From the NCBI GenBank assembly GCA_976551045.1, contig CDPCPM010000043.1:2542001-2606000 (forward strand): DNA of 64,000 bases. Direction: 5' to 3'. The translations under genes and the position numbers were made by a program. The notes beneath the pieces were generated by a model. It was not told the DNA's origin and searched no databases. It was given only the letters and a program-made list of their open reading frames with translations. Positions within the stretch are counted from its first letter, which is position 1. Each line of letters starts with the position of its first letter. Shown here one piece after another: positions 37,101-49,725 of this stretch. Source of the stretch: Glaucostegus cemiculus. Lineage: Eukaryota.

Positions 37101-37145
37101 ACAGGTTCAGCTGTGTTGGTGGCTGTCAGGGTGGATGGTGACAAT
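34135..37145 (-). mobile_element. Older Rex1/Babar LINE (decayed RT), interrupted by a young Rex copy
   Basis: ORF 36605-37144 (KAPGP...[17 protein letters not shown]...[11 protein letters not shown]...[17 protein letters not shown]) with frameshifted downstream pieces; its 3' UTR resumes at 34135-34420. Confidence 0.88.
34423..35802 (-). mobile_element. Young 5'-truncated Rex1/Babar LINE with an intact 345-aa RT ORF
   Basis: ORF 34714-35751: [31 protein letters not shown]; CpGs retained; GATTCT tail; near-identical to 12504-13350. Confidence 0.95.
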
Positions 37146-37562
37146 CATCCTCTGCAGTTTTAAGTTTTAAACATGTTTTAAGCTGCAGAGAAGATGGTGA
37201 AGGATGGATAGGACAAAGACAACATCTCTGATCTTTATCTTTTCATCCTTCTCTGCCATTTAAATTCAACGTATTTCCTCATTTTCCCAGTATCAATGAA
37301 GGGTTTCTGACATGAAACATTAACTCCATTTATCTTTCCACAGATGCTACCCTACCTACGGAATGTTTTTCGTGTTTTCTGTTTCTATTTGAGATTTTCC
37401 AGTATCTGCAGTTTGACTTTAAAACATCCAGCACCTTGATCTGTGGAGTACAGCATTTCGCTCCCATGCATGCTGAATGTATATATGGAAGTGACAATAA
37501 ATCTGATTCTGAGTATGTTTTGATGTTGCTTAAAAGTATTCAATTAAAATTTTGTTTTGCAG

Positions 37563-37672
37563 ATCTGGATATTAGCACATTTCATAAAGGATGCGTTAAA
37601 ATAAAGAAAATGGAGTGTGATAACTGCTATGTGGAAACTGAGAGAGGGCACAGTATCTTGAGTTCAGTAAAG
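37563..37672 (+). CDS. FAM185A: FAM185A exon 2
   Basis: TTTTGCAG| (D)LDISTFHKGCVKIKKMECDNCYVETERGHSILSSVK |GTAGAA; 110 nt, phase 1 to 0. Confidence 0.9.
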
Positions 37673-39309
37673 GTAGAAATAAAATTTCTTAATGCTTATT
37701 TGAGTTTTTATCATTTCTTGAGTTAAAGCACAAATAATTTCTTCAAGGTTACTGGGCTTTTCAATACTATATGCAAGATTATAGTCTTTTAAGTAAATGA
37801 AATAATGTGCAGAATTTAATCAACAAAGTGATTGTAACACCATGGCAAATGTAGAATATTTCATTAAAAGGATAAAATCTGTGTGGAAGAAAAATGCTAA
37901 AGTTCTAATTATGGAAAATCTGTTTATCTACTCACCTCTATTATGCAAAATAAAACAACTTGTAAATCACAAGGCACTTCACAGGAGCATTTCAAGCAAA
38001 GTTTAACAGCATGCCACAGGGAAATATTGTGATGAGCTATATTAAAGAGATTGATTTTAATGAGTATTTTAGAGGAGAAAGAGAGAGAAGAGGGAATCCT
38101 GTAGCTTTAGACTTGAGCAGTTGAATGCATGGCTGCCAGTGGTGGATCATTTGCAGAAGAGAGAATTCACCAGCAGTTGAGATTGAAGAAAAACAAAAGC
38201 ATGTTGGATTTTAAAGCTGAAAAGACATGTTTATGTGGCTTGTGTTGGAGTTGTACATTGTTGTGAGAACACAACTTCACATCCTAGATACTGAACAGAA
38301 GTATCAGTAGCATAAAAATTCAGTACCTGTCTGTGTAGAACAGTACTTTTCTGGTATTACTAAACACTTTATTAAATTTGAGTTGCCGATGCTTCCTACC
38401 TCAACAATGGCTTCTTAGTGCTTCCACTTACTGATGAATTCTGAGCATAAATGTGGAGGATCTCTATCAGGCAGCCAGTAAGTACAAAGAATTGAAGGTA
38501 AGGAGTGGAGTTTTCCTGAACATAGCTGTGGGATCTGTTTGATGATCCTGATGTTCCTGGAAGTATTAGTACAACATAAGTGATGAGTCATAACTTGCCA
38601 ATGTGAAATAATCTCAATGGTACAGATCTTTCAAATGTAATAAAAGGATTTAATTAATCTGTAACAATCTGGTTAGTAGTAAATGTACAGAAACATGGCC
38701 CCTCTGCAAAAGAGATTTGTTAGAGGATTGCCATTGGCAAAGTCACTGCTGATTTACCCATTAGGTTACTTATTCTGATGTCATAAAGTACCGAAACAGG
38801 CCCTTTGACCCACTGAGTGTACTCTGATTCCTATTTTATTCTCCCTACATTCCCCTCAACTTCCCCTCTTCCACCACCCTCCATCCAAATTCTTCCACTT
38901 GCCACACACAGTTATAGGGAGATTAAGCAAACTCAATGTGGCTAGCACCACAGCTAAGGATTTGACCTGGGTTGCTGGAGCTGAGAAGCAGCAGTTCTAT
39001 TAGGGGCTATCCTGCCCCTAAAAAAAATTCACACAACTTTGGAATGAATTAGCAATGGTGAGATTGCAGCAAAGGAGAGAACAATTGGCATATTTTGCTG
39101 ATTTGCTGCTGCAAAAAGTTCAAGATTTTTTCTCAAAGGAAGATTATGGACAGTTTACAAATTTATTATTAATTTTTTTTACTGCGAAATTCTTGATACT
39201 GAATGCAAGACTTTGTAAATCTTGAAATAAAATTTCAGTAGATCGAGGATGTTAATGTGGGCTGAATTATTGTTGAACCAGTCGACTGAACAGAATACCA
39301 CAACTCATT

Positions 39310-39615
39310 CAATGATGCAGAAAGTAGAGCTGCTACCTTGTAGCTCCAGCAACCCAGGTCTGATTCTGACCTCCATCAGAATTGCATATTCTCCCTGTGA
39401 CCACATGGGTTTTCCCCAAGTGACCTAATTTTGTTTCATGTTCCAAACGTGTGGGTTGATTGGCCACTGTAAATTGCCCCTAATGTGTAAATGAGTGTAG
39501 AATCTGGGCGAGTTCTTGGGAATGTGGCAATAATAAAATGGGATTAGCGTAAATGGGCACTTTTTTTGACGGTAGCGCTGACTCGGTAGGCCGAAGGTCC
39601 TGTTGTATGACTCCT
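39310..39615 (+). mobile_element. Decayed V-SINE (another decayed copy on minus at ~38780-39000)
   Basis: TTGCATATTCTCCCTGTGACCACATGGGTTTCCCC V-domain; GGCCGAAGGTCCTGT CR1-like tail. Confidence 0.65.
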
Positions 39616-41269
39616 GACTTTGAAGATTTTTTTAACAACACCTACATTACATGAATTTGCCACGAGGTGGCATGATTTCCATAAATATAACAATAGATTC
39701 AACAATTGTAATAGAAGCTAGTTACAAAAATCACATTCTTAACTGATAATTATGTCAAACAACAAAAAAAGTTGGCACAATTTAAGTTTAGAGCAAAAAT
39801 TTTAAAACTCCCTGTAGCATGGAATAGCCAAGGACTGGAATCATTATTTTTGTTTGCATGTTTTAAGTTTGCTAAAATACAAGCATCAATGCTTTTTGTC
39901 CCGTCTTCTGCTAGTTTTCCTCAGTCTTGTTGCTTACTTGAGAGGGAAACCAGTCTGGGTCATGGATTTCTTCAGTATCAGTCCCACTTTACATTTACTG
40001 AGGGGTGACAGGGTTTTCAGTCCAAAAGCTCCCTCCAAGAATTTATATTTTCAATATGTTTTAACTTTGTTAATATTTATTCTGGGGTAATAATTGCAGC
40101 TTTATATATTGATAAGCAGTTTTGTCAGTAATAATGCTTAAGGAAAATTCAGAAGGCCTGGTCCCATCAACAATTAAAATGTGACACTTTGGAATTGTAT
40201 TAGTTGCTATCATTCACAACTGTAGTGAAATCAGTTCAAGGGTTTTGTACATGCAAAGTTTCCCTACACTATGATCCCTGTAATGTTGAACGATGAAACA
40301 GGAAGGCCATTATTTCAGAATGGAATCACTTCTATACTGGGGGATCTGGCTTAAAAACATATATCTTTTACTAAAGTAAACTTAAATTAATCAAGCCAGC
40401 TGGATTGATATGATGGGCCTGATGCTTTTGTGTTTACCAAGCTGTAAAATGGAGTTACTCTCTCCTCCAGGACACTTCAAGCTAAGCCACAAAGTGTAGG
40501 CAAAACATTTTTTTATATATTACCAACAAGCTCTGCCATTGATTGATTTAAAATGGGTGTTCAATTTCTGTTCCAGCAAAGTAGCCCAATGTTGTGACTC
40601 ACTTATTGATTATTTATATGCATTTTCAAAAATCTAGACTGCTGTCACGAAAATTTTAGATAAAGTATTAGATAAAGGTTTAGATAAAAGTATTTTTAGA
40701 AAATTAACCTAAGCCAATTGAAGATATTTGGTTCTATTTTGAAATATTTTATTTTTAGCAAAATTTTTCTTGTCAGGAGCAACTTTTACACCGTCATTCT
40801 GTATTTCTTATTCACTCTTGTTGAAGTCTCTTAATCTACAGGTGAGGGCAGAAGAAATTATCTCTTTTTTTTATATAGACCACAAGAAGTGCTGTTCCTC
40901 CATGAAACAATCTGTGTGTTCTGCCTCAAGAATGTCATAATACCTATTCTGATGATACAATGTCCTTGTGATTTCAAAAGCCATTTCATTTATGTAATTA
41001 TTCAAATGAGGAATATTGTTATCTGAGCAATATATTAAACTTCTGTATCAAGCTTCTGAGCATAATCTTTTTCAAAAAAAAAGAAACAATGGGTTAATGA
41101 AATAAGCTGTCAGGTTTCTATTCTGGAACCAAAACTAGATTTAATACGTGGATGTTTTTTGAAAAAAATATATAATTTCTATTTTACTGAAATACATACT
41201 AAATATTTTACTGTGTTGCTTGTGAGGTGTTCAAGAGAAGATAGGTAAGTGTCCAGGAGAGGATGTACA

Positions 41270-41560
41270 GGATGCTATTAGGATTTTAGCTTTTAAGATC
41301 TCTACTAGCCTCATCCACCCACTTCTGGTCCGTGGTCTACTCATGCCTTGGTGATTCAGCTGCTTGTCTAGATGCTGCTTAAGTGTGAGAGTACCTGCCT
41401 CCACCACCTCCTCAGGCAGTGTGTTCCAGATTCTAACCACTCTATGGGGAGGGGGGGGGGAGATTCCTGCTAAGCTTCCTCCTTCCTCTCCTCTTATAAC
41501 TATGTCCTCTCATTTTAGACAGGCCCACATTGAGAAGATGATTCTGGTTAACTACCCTAT
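41270..41560 (-). mobile_element. CR1 3' fragment
   Basis: VVRIWNTLPEEVVEAGTL..KQHLDK in ORF 41231-41440. Confidence 0.7.
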
Positions 41561-41979
41561 CGCCCTTTATCCTTTGTATCCTACCCTCTCTTCACCTCCT
41601 GCTCTCCTTTCCTCCCACCCAATATTTATATTTATAAGAAAGCCAAGTTCTCTTATGATGTAGACATTCTTTCTTCCCTCCTGCATCAAGTCAACACCCT
41701 ACTGCTAAAACCTGAATGTGCTATTTTATTCTTCAGCCATTTTCACACTGCTTTAATCAATCTACTTTTATTCCCAGATACTTGTAGCCCACATTAACAG
41801 GGTTAATGTTGAATGCTAACACTAACGTTAAAAAAAATTACTCTCATGGCAGAAGGAAAATTTGAAATTATAATAGCTATTAATTTTGGTCATTATATTG
41901 GGAATGATAATATAGATTTGAAGTTTTATTCTTGAGTGAAATGAAGCTTTGCTTTCTTTTTGTTTATTGTGATATTCAG

Positions 41980-42072
41980 GCCCATAAAGTCAAAGTGCAA
42001 AGCAGAGGTGGGAATGTGATCTGTCTAGGAACAATCCATGGAAATGTACATATACAGACCTCTAATAAAGGT
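41980..42072 (+). CDS. FAM185A: FAM185A exon 3
   Basis: ATTCAG| AHKVKVQSRGGNVICLGTIHGNVHIQTSNKG |GTAAGT; 93 nt, phase 0 to 0. Confidence 0.9.
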
Positions 42073-42831
42073 GTAAGTTAAATTTAATTCCTGTCTATTG
42101 ATCAGCTTTTATATTTTTTTTGCAATGCATTGAAGGTAGGTGATAAATGAACTGTGACCAATTCATTTCAGAATAAAGACTAATTTTTTTTAAAAAATTT
42201 GAAAATAAGTACAAGGATTCATTCCAGTGTTGTATTTGGTGGGTTACCCAGAATATTTTGATTCCTAACAAGAATAGACGATGCAACTAAAGAAGCTTAT
42301 TTCCCATCTAGGGGCAATAACCTTTCATTCCACAGTAGCAGCTCTGCATACTTGACTCCAGATAATGCAGATAGATTTTGCTTCATCTTAAAGTTCTAAG
42401 TAATTGCATGCAGAATGGATACATTTTTCTTTAAACAGCATTAACCTTCCTTTTGGCCATAGCTTTCTCTTCATTTGTCTATTCACTATTAAGAGAACAG
42501 ACACAGCACTTGCTCTCAATGACATTATATTATTGTTACGTTGTAGTCAAGAGTAATCTGCTGTACCTTTTGACATTTATTTCACTCTCTAAAAAGTTTG
42601 CTATCCCTCTTCGTTGTTTCTTAATAACTAGATGAAAATTGTGAATCTATACAGAATAAGGGGTTTTAGTGTGTATTTTATATTTCGTGAAGCAACCAAT
42701 TGGTGTACAAGTGCATTATATTCTTCTGGAACTGCATTATGCATTAGTCTTGTTTACTAAGTAAGAAACTAATGATTGTGTTCATATGGAATTGAAGTTA
42801 CATCTGTCCAAACCCTTCATATTTTATCCAG

Positions 42832-42970
42832 GTTGTGGAAATTGACAAACTTCAAGGAACAACCATGAATATTTCCACTGCTGATGGTGTATTAAAAACA
42901 AAGTACATTTATGCCAAGTCTTCACATCTGTCTTCTTCCCTTGGGAATATTGAACTTGGAAACATTCACG
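42832..42970 (+). CDS. FAM185A: FAM185A exon 4
   Basis: TTATCCAG| VVEIDKLQGTTMNISTADGVLKTKYIYAKSSHLSSSLGNIELGNIH(G) |GTAAGG; 139 nt, phase 0 to 1. Confidence 0.92.
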
Positions 42971-43529
42971 GTAAGGATTTTATGTAGCAATAACTAGTAC
43001 GTATAGAGAAATGGGAACTAACTTTTTTTAATACTTTACTTCACAGATAGAAAGAAAGTAGATCAAATATTCTATGGACATAAATTATGTTATACATTGC
43101 AGTGTACACTAGAAATTAGAATTTTTCTTAATAGCCTCCTATTTGAAACAATAAACATTAATGGTTTACATGTAATGCTGGAGTGAATTAACTGTAGTGT
43201 GTAGTCACACACTCTGAATACGAGACTTGGCTAACCAATATCCATGAAAGTGTAGATTTAAGCAAACAATATGTGCAGGCTGTTTTTCCTATTATCACTA
43301 GAACTTATTGTTATACAACCCCTGCAGCTGAGATTTGATGGTCATTGTTTTGTGCCAAATTCATTAAAGGGAGTAGTCAAGTAATTCTTTCTTACAAACT
43401 TTGAGCAATTCATTAGTGTGCGAATTGTAAAATTCCTTTATATATGGCAGTTGTCTGTAGAGAAAATGGGGCCCTCCATTATTCAAATTTTGCTTTGGGA
43501 AGTGTAGTTAAGGAGGAACCTATGCCTAG

Positions 43530-44376
43530 TGTTACAAAACCAGCAACAAAAGAAACACACCAAGTCATAATTCAGTGTTAAAACTACTTTATTAATAACT
43601 ACTTCCGGTAATACGTAAAATAAGAACAAAAAGTTAGTATATTAGTACAAAACAAAATATTAGAATCTTAAACTGTAACCCCAAAAACTACTCGTCGTGT
43701 GTGTGTGGCAAATTTCTAAACTCCAAGTCCAGGAATTAGTTCTCAAAGTTCAGTTCAATAAGCCGTAAGATGAAACACGAGTAGAGGCTTCTTCATAAGC
43801 ACCGTCCACCGAAGACAAAACATAGATATAAAGAGAGCTTAGAGAAGAATCAGAAAATCCGAATGTTCCACTCAGAACTCAAACGACACTTCAGTGTTTA
43901 CTCGGTAGTGACTTTCTCACCCCGAAAACTCCTGGATCGTGACTGTCCATGCAAATACCTGTGTTCTTCTACAGGTTAGCAGCAAAGCGAATTCCATCAC
44001 TTTGTTCCACAATATCTGCCACTCGGAAGAGCATCCAAAATGTGGTCATCCATGCAAATACCTGTGTTCTTCTACAGGTTACCGACAAAGTGAACTCCAC
44101 TGGACTACTCCAGAAATCCATCTGTGGATTGTAGTGACAAACACAGTTACTGTCCTTCATCCATCGACAGAAACAAAACAGGCTGCTGTCTCTCTCTCCC
44201 GTCTCTCTCTGTCTGTCTGTCTGTCTCTCTCTCTCTCGTTCTCTTTTTTCTCTTATTGACCTCATCATGTTCATCTTATCTTCTGTTGACGTGATATGTT
44301 CTTATAGGCGCACACACACACACACAAAATGTCCGTCTTAAAGGGACATTTGCCGGTAGTAAGCTACTTTGTAACA
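43530..44376 (-). mobile_element. Solo LTR (847 bp), Gypsy- or ERV-type
   Basis: TGTTACAAA...TTTGTAACA terminal inverted repeats; 4-bp TSD CTAG (43526-43529 and 44377-44380); minus-strand AATAAA near 43590 and TATA-like CCTATAAG near 44305; internal direct repeat and dinucleotide tracts. Confidence 0.85.
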
Positions 44377-44544
44377 CTAGAAAAAGGTATTGCATCATTT
44401 TCTGATGATTAAAACATTGAGTTTAGCAATAACAGCAGTTCAGATTCTCATTCAATAAGTGATGAAATTGCCTGAAGTACAATGTGAAATAGCTTGGAAG
44501 TGGCGTACACCCAGGAGTAAGTGCTAAAATGAAACTTGGAAAAT

Positions 44545-45810
44545 GAAAATGGTAATTGTTTATTATTGCCACATATACCGATATACAGTGAAAAGCTTTA
44601 ATTTGCATGCATCCAGACAGATTATTCCATACAAAAATACATTGAGGTAGTACAAAAGGGAAAAAAAATAATGCAGGATATGGTATTATAGTTACAAAGA
44701 AAGTGCAGGGCTGTGACGTGGTATATCGATAAATCAGGCATTCATCTTTATTGTTTAAGAGGTCATTCAAGAGTCTTATAACAGTGGGATAGAAGTTTTC
44801 TTTGAGTCTGGTGGTGCGTGTTCTCAAGCTTTTGTATCTTCTGACTGATGGGAGGGGGGAGGTCCTTGATTATGCTGGCTGCTTTCCTGAGACAGCCAGA
44901 AATGTAGACAGATACAATGGAGAGGAGGCCGGTTTTCTTGATAGACTGGACTGCATTTGCAACTCTCTGCAATTTCTTGCAGTCTTGGACAGAGCAGTTG
45001 CCATACCAAGATGTGATGTATCTAGATCAGTTGCCTTCTATGGTGCATCTGTAAAAAAAAATGGTGAGCGTCATCGGGGACATGCTGTATTATTTCCTTA
45101 ACCTTTTGAGGAAGTAGAGGTGCTGGTGGTGCTTTCTTAGTCATAGCATCCATGTGGTTGGACCAGGACAAATTATTGGTGATGTTTACACCTAAGAACT
45201 TGAAGCTCTCAACCATCTCCACCTCGGCACCACTGACAGAGATGGGCGTGTACTCCATCCCTCTTCCTTAGGTCGATGACCAGCTCTTTTGTTTTACTGA
45301 CATTGAGGGAAAGGTTGTTGTTTTGACGTCTTGCCACCAGGCTCTCTATTTCCTTCCTGTATTCTGTCTTGTTGTTTGAGATCTGGGATACTACAGTGGT
45401 ATCATCTGCAAAGTTGTAAATAGAGTTACAGCAGAGTTTGGCCCCACAGTTGTGAGTGTACAGGGAGTAAAGTAAAGGGCTGAGCACAGGGCACTGGTGT
45501 TGAGGATAATTGTGGAGGTGTTGCTGCCTATCCTTACTGATGACCATCTGTTGGTCAGGTAGTTAAGGATCCAGTTGCAGTGGGGGTGCGTGGGGTTGCA
45601 GTGATAGGTGGTGGGGGCAGGGGGGTGTGTGCCAAGTCTTAGTTCTAAGTGTTTGGAGATGAGTTTGTTTGGAATTATGGTATTGAAGACGGAGCTATAG
45701 TCAATAAATAAGTCTGACGTAGGTGTCTTTGTTATCCAGATGTCCCAGAGATGAGTGTAGGACCAGGGAGATAACGTCTGCTGTGGACCTGTTTCGGCAG
45801 TAGGCAAAAT
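44545..45810 (-). mobile_element. Rex1/Babar LINE fragment, older family
   Basis: [53 protein letters not shown] across frameshifted ORFs. Confidence 0.88.
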
Positions 45811-46349
45811 GAATTTGCTCTTGATGTGATCTCATTTAGTTCTGTGCAGTACTCAGAGAAATGTATCAGGACCTTAAGGCACATTTGTGTCAAGGGTCCA
45901 TAAGATGAGCTTGGTAGGAGGTGACTACAGTAGACTACTCCAGGAATGAGAATTCCTGCATAGGAGAGAAATGCAGAAAGAAACTTTGTGTCCTTCCAAT
46001 ACATTATCAGGGTGATTGACATTGTTTGTATCTGCAGAGTGGAGATCCTCATAGTAATGTGTACTTTATGCAGAAGACTAACTGCTTTGAGTGAGATGCC
46101 ACTCATCAGGAAATACAGTAATGTTGTACCAAGCCTTTTAATTAATTGGAGCAAGGATTTGTTCAGGTTATAACCAGTGTATTTGGAGTCGCAAAGCTAG
46201 CTGAGAGGGATTTGCTTCTGTCATCTGGACTCCATTACCCAATTATTGACATACTTTGTTGGTAATAGTTGGAGGAGGTCACTTGGCTAGCATAGTGTAT
46301 GAATTTGCAGGCTTCTTAAAAACAGCAGTTCTTACCAGAGTTCCTTTTA

Positions 46350-47160
46350 TCCTGTGCTGTCAGTGCTTCCCTCCTCCACTCAGCTGGGAGGCAAGGTTGT
46401 GTATGTTGAATAAGGACATTCTCCTTTTAGCTTTTATTGTCCTGTTCCTCCTAATATTTCTGCTTTTCAGGTTCTGCTTCATGCTTCCCAGTCTCTAGTT
46501 CTCCTTAGTGGTGTGCGTGCATTGTTGGACTGAGGCAAGCAACGAAATTTTATCACAAATATACCAGTGATATTTTTCATTACTGTCCTAATGCTTGCAT
46601 GGCTCTCACTGGTGTGAGTAGCCACGGAAGTACTAAGTAGTGCTAGTCCACCAGGACCCATCCCTACCACTGAAAATGTCAAGCAATGCAAACTACCTGA
46701 GGGTGATGGAGTTGTGTGGCTTTACTCATCAGGAAATTCATCTCGTGATCCACTAAACTGCAAATTGGAAAAACATCCTATTGATGAAGAGGTCTGAGTT
46801 GTTAGTGGGAGACATTGTCAGCACATACATGCAGTTAGTGGCTGCCTACACTGACGGGAATTCAGTAACACTGAATGGTACTGGAATCTCAGTACCATTT
46901 TTTTCATCATTGAAATCAAAGTAAATGCAAGGACTCCTTCACAAACATAATGTATGGGTGATCTCTCTGGTGCATTAATGAGTAGCTGATTTAGAGACCT
47001 GGCAGAGATTTGCTGCAGCCATTTGGAACGATTCCATGATGTGGAATTTTAGAGTCAATGTGATCTTGACCACAGTGAGCAGTCCAGGCACAAGACTGTG
47101 GCTGAACATCCTTGCGCAGAATGTTGGATGTATCAGTGCCACCAATCTTGTAAAATCTGA
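46350..47160 (-). mobile_element. PIF/Harbinger transposase fossil, near full length
   Basis: In order on the minus strand: VVKITLTLKFHIMESFQMAAANLCQVSKSATH*CTREIT (HTH region), VTEFPSV*AATNCMYV...FINRMFF (GAIDCTH / NRKGF), GWVLVD*HY (GWLLGDKGY), ESHASIRTVMKNITGIFVIKFRCL, IHNLA. Confidence 0.8.
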
Positions 47161-47449
47161 TGCAGTGGATACAGTGTTCAAGAGAAGTCTAGGTAAGATT
47201 GGTATGTAAAGACCCTCTAGGATGGGCATGAGAAAACAGCCCATGTTACTTTTAGCACACTTGGGTGTCTGAGCAGCCTTCAGTCAGTTCTGAGGGTGAC
47301 CAGTTAAGTTTCCCCTTGTCAGTTGGGTGTTCCTTTTTAACTGGTGAAAAATGCAACAGATTGGTGTGATATGAAATTTTACTGGTAAACTTCCATGATT
47401 GATGTAGGGTGGAGCTGTGAGCTCCAATTTATGTCAATAAAAGCAGAAA

Positions 47450-48260
47450 CATGGTGTGCAACCTCTACATCGATGAGACCAAGCAGAGATTAGGCATTCA
47501 CTTTTCAGAACACCTACATTGTCTCTCTGCACTGGCCATCCTGATCTCGCACCTCACAATTACATGCCATTTCAACACCCCTTCCCAATCCCATTCCCAT
47601 TCCCACACCCATCTGTCAGTCCATGGCTTTCTGCACTGTCAGGGTGAGGCCAAACATAAACACCAGCACCTCTGCACCTCCTATTCTGCTTGGGTATTCC
47701 ACAACCTAATGGTATGATCATTGAATTTTCCAGTTTCAAGTAATTCCATGCTCCTTGTGCTGCCTTCTCTCTCCTGGTTCTCCCCTGCCCCCGCCCCCCT
47801 CCCCAATCACATAGTTTCATTCCTGTCCCCTCCCTGGTTGCATCTGCCTTACACCCACACCTTCTGGTTATCCAATCCCCTTCCCCAACTGGTTCCATCG
47901 ACCGGTTGCCTAATCCCTCATTTCATCTGGTTCCACATCACCTTCCCTATCAGATTCAAGCATCTGTAGCCACCTGCATTTCCAATTGTCACCTTCCATC
48001 TTTTGTCTCTACCTCCACTCTCCCCCCTCCCTTCTCCCCCCCCCCCCAGTTCCATCTGCTCATCATCTCCTGCCTCACCTTATTCCACCTATCGCCTGCC
48101 AGCCCTGCTTCACCCCTCCCCCTCACCGCTTTGTACTGGTTGTCTCCCCTCTATACTCTCAGTCCTGATGCAGGGTCTCAACCTGAAACATCGACTATAC
48201 CTTTGCCTCCGCAGGTGCTGCTTGACTCGCTGAGTTCTTCCAGCAGTTTGTTTTTGCTAG
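47450..48260 (+). mobile_element. Penelope-like element 3' part (GIY-YIG remnant and terminal repeat)
   Basis: CNLYIDETKQRLGIHFSEHL (YIGET.R.L..RF.EH); terminal segment with a hammerhead-like motif at 48161-48196. Confidence 0.82.
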
Positions 48261-49154
48261 TGACTTCATTAGGGCTATTACTGATTCCAGAAAGAGTTCA
48301 ATTACACTAATATTGATTGAACATTGGAGTTGCATGGAGTTCAGCTTTGCAGATGGCATGATTTAATCCAGAAGTAAAGGCTAACAAAATCTACTTTGGG
48401 TAAAATGTATTTTTTATACTTGGTTCCTAAAATACAGATGCTATGCAATCCATTTTCTGGACTCTGGTCTGTCCTGGATCTGTAAGAGAATGAGGTAAAT
48501 TTGGTAGAGAATGGTGAATGGGATTTGGTGCTGTTTCAGAATGTAGCTGTGGTGCTGGGAAAAATTATTAATTTTCCCCTGGAGTGTTAAGGTCATATCC
48601 TACAATTAGCTCATATGTTCTTTGACAAGGTATTGTCTCACTTTGTCTGTACCTTCATAAAATTAATTATTATATTGCAATTTGCATTCTGCAGCATCTG
48701 TCTTGGAAAAGCTGCCTTAAGCAGAAGATAACTATTGCCAACTTTGTTGTGCTTTCAGTCGTCATAATACCTACTGTAGAGCATCTTCACAAGTTGGACA
48801 GAAAGGTTCTATGTCTCTACTGTTACAAATCAATAAATGCTTCAGCTTTTGGAGAAACCTAGGATATAAACCAGGATGCAGGAGCTGAGATGCAGAGGTA
48901 GATCTACAATTTTGTATCCTTCCACCACCCTGTCCATCCACCCCTCCCCCTTCATTAGAGTTACATGTCTGTTAATTAAGTTAACATACTTGGAACAGAA
49001 GGCAAGAATAATTACAGCACGCTAGGGTTGCTACGGTTGGAGGTGATGAGCTGTAAGCAGTTCAATTATGTCTAAAAACAATTGTTTGGATAGTCACTAC
49101 CTTACTCAAGGTTATAAAATGCCTTGTAAAACCACATAATTGTTCAGAGTTTCA

Positions 49155-49725
49155 AATTGTATCCGAGAGGTATTGCTTCAGTTATATAGGTCCCTGGTCA
49201 GACCCCACTTGGAGTATTGGGCTCAGTTCTGATCGCCTCACTAGAGGAAAGATGTGGAAGCCATAGAGAAGGTGCAGAGGAGGTTTACGAGGATGCTGCC
49301 TGGAATGCGGAGCATGCCTTATGAAAGCAGGTTGCGGGAACTCTGCCTTTTCTCCTTAGAGACCTGATAGAGGTATATAAGATGATGAGAGGTATTGATC
49401 GGGTAGATAGTCAGTGGCTTTTACCCAAGGCTGAAATGGTGGCCACAAGAGGACATAGGCTTAAGGTGCTGGGGAGTAGATATAGAGGAGATGTCAGGGG
49501 AAAGTTTTTTACTCAGAGAGTGGTGAGTGTGTGGAATGGGCTGCCAGAAGCAGTGGTGGAGGCGGATACGATAGGGTCTTTCAAGAGACTGTTAGATAGG
49601 TACATGGAGCTAGGTAAAATGGAGGGGGGAATGCCCTGTAATTTCTAGTGTAGGGACATGTTCGGCACAGCTTTGTGGGCCGAAGGGCCTGAATTGTGCT
49701 GTGTTTTTTCTATGTTTCTATGTAT
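49155..49725 (+). mobile_element. CR1 LINE 3' fragment
   Basis: LVRPHLEY, MMRGIDRVDSQ...TRGHRLKV...FFTQRVVSVWNGLP; GGGCCGAAGGGCCTG...TTCTATGTTTCTATG tail. Confidence 0.88.
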
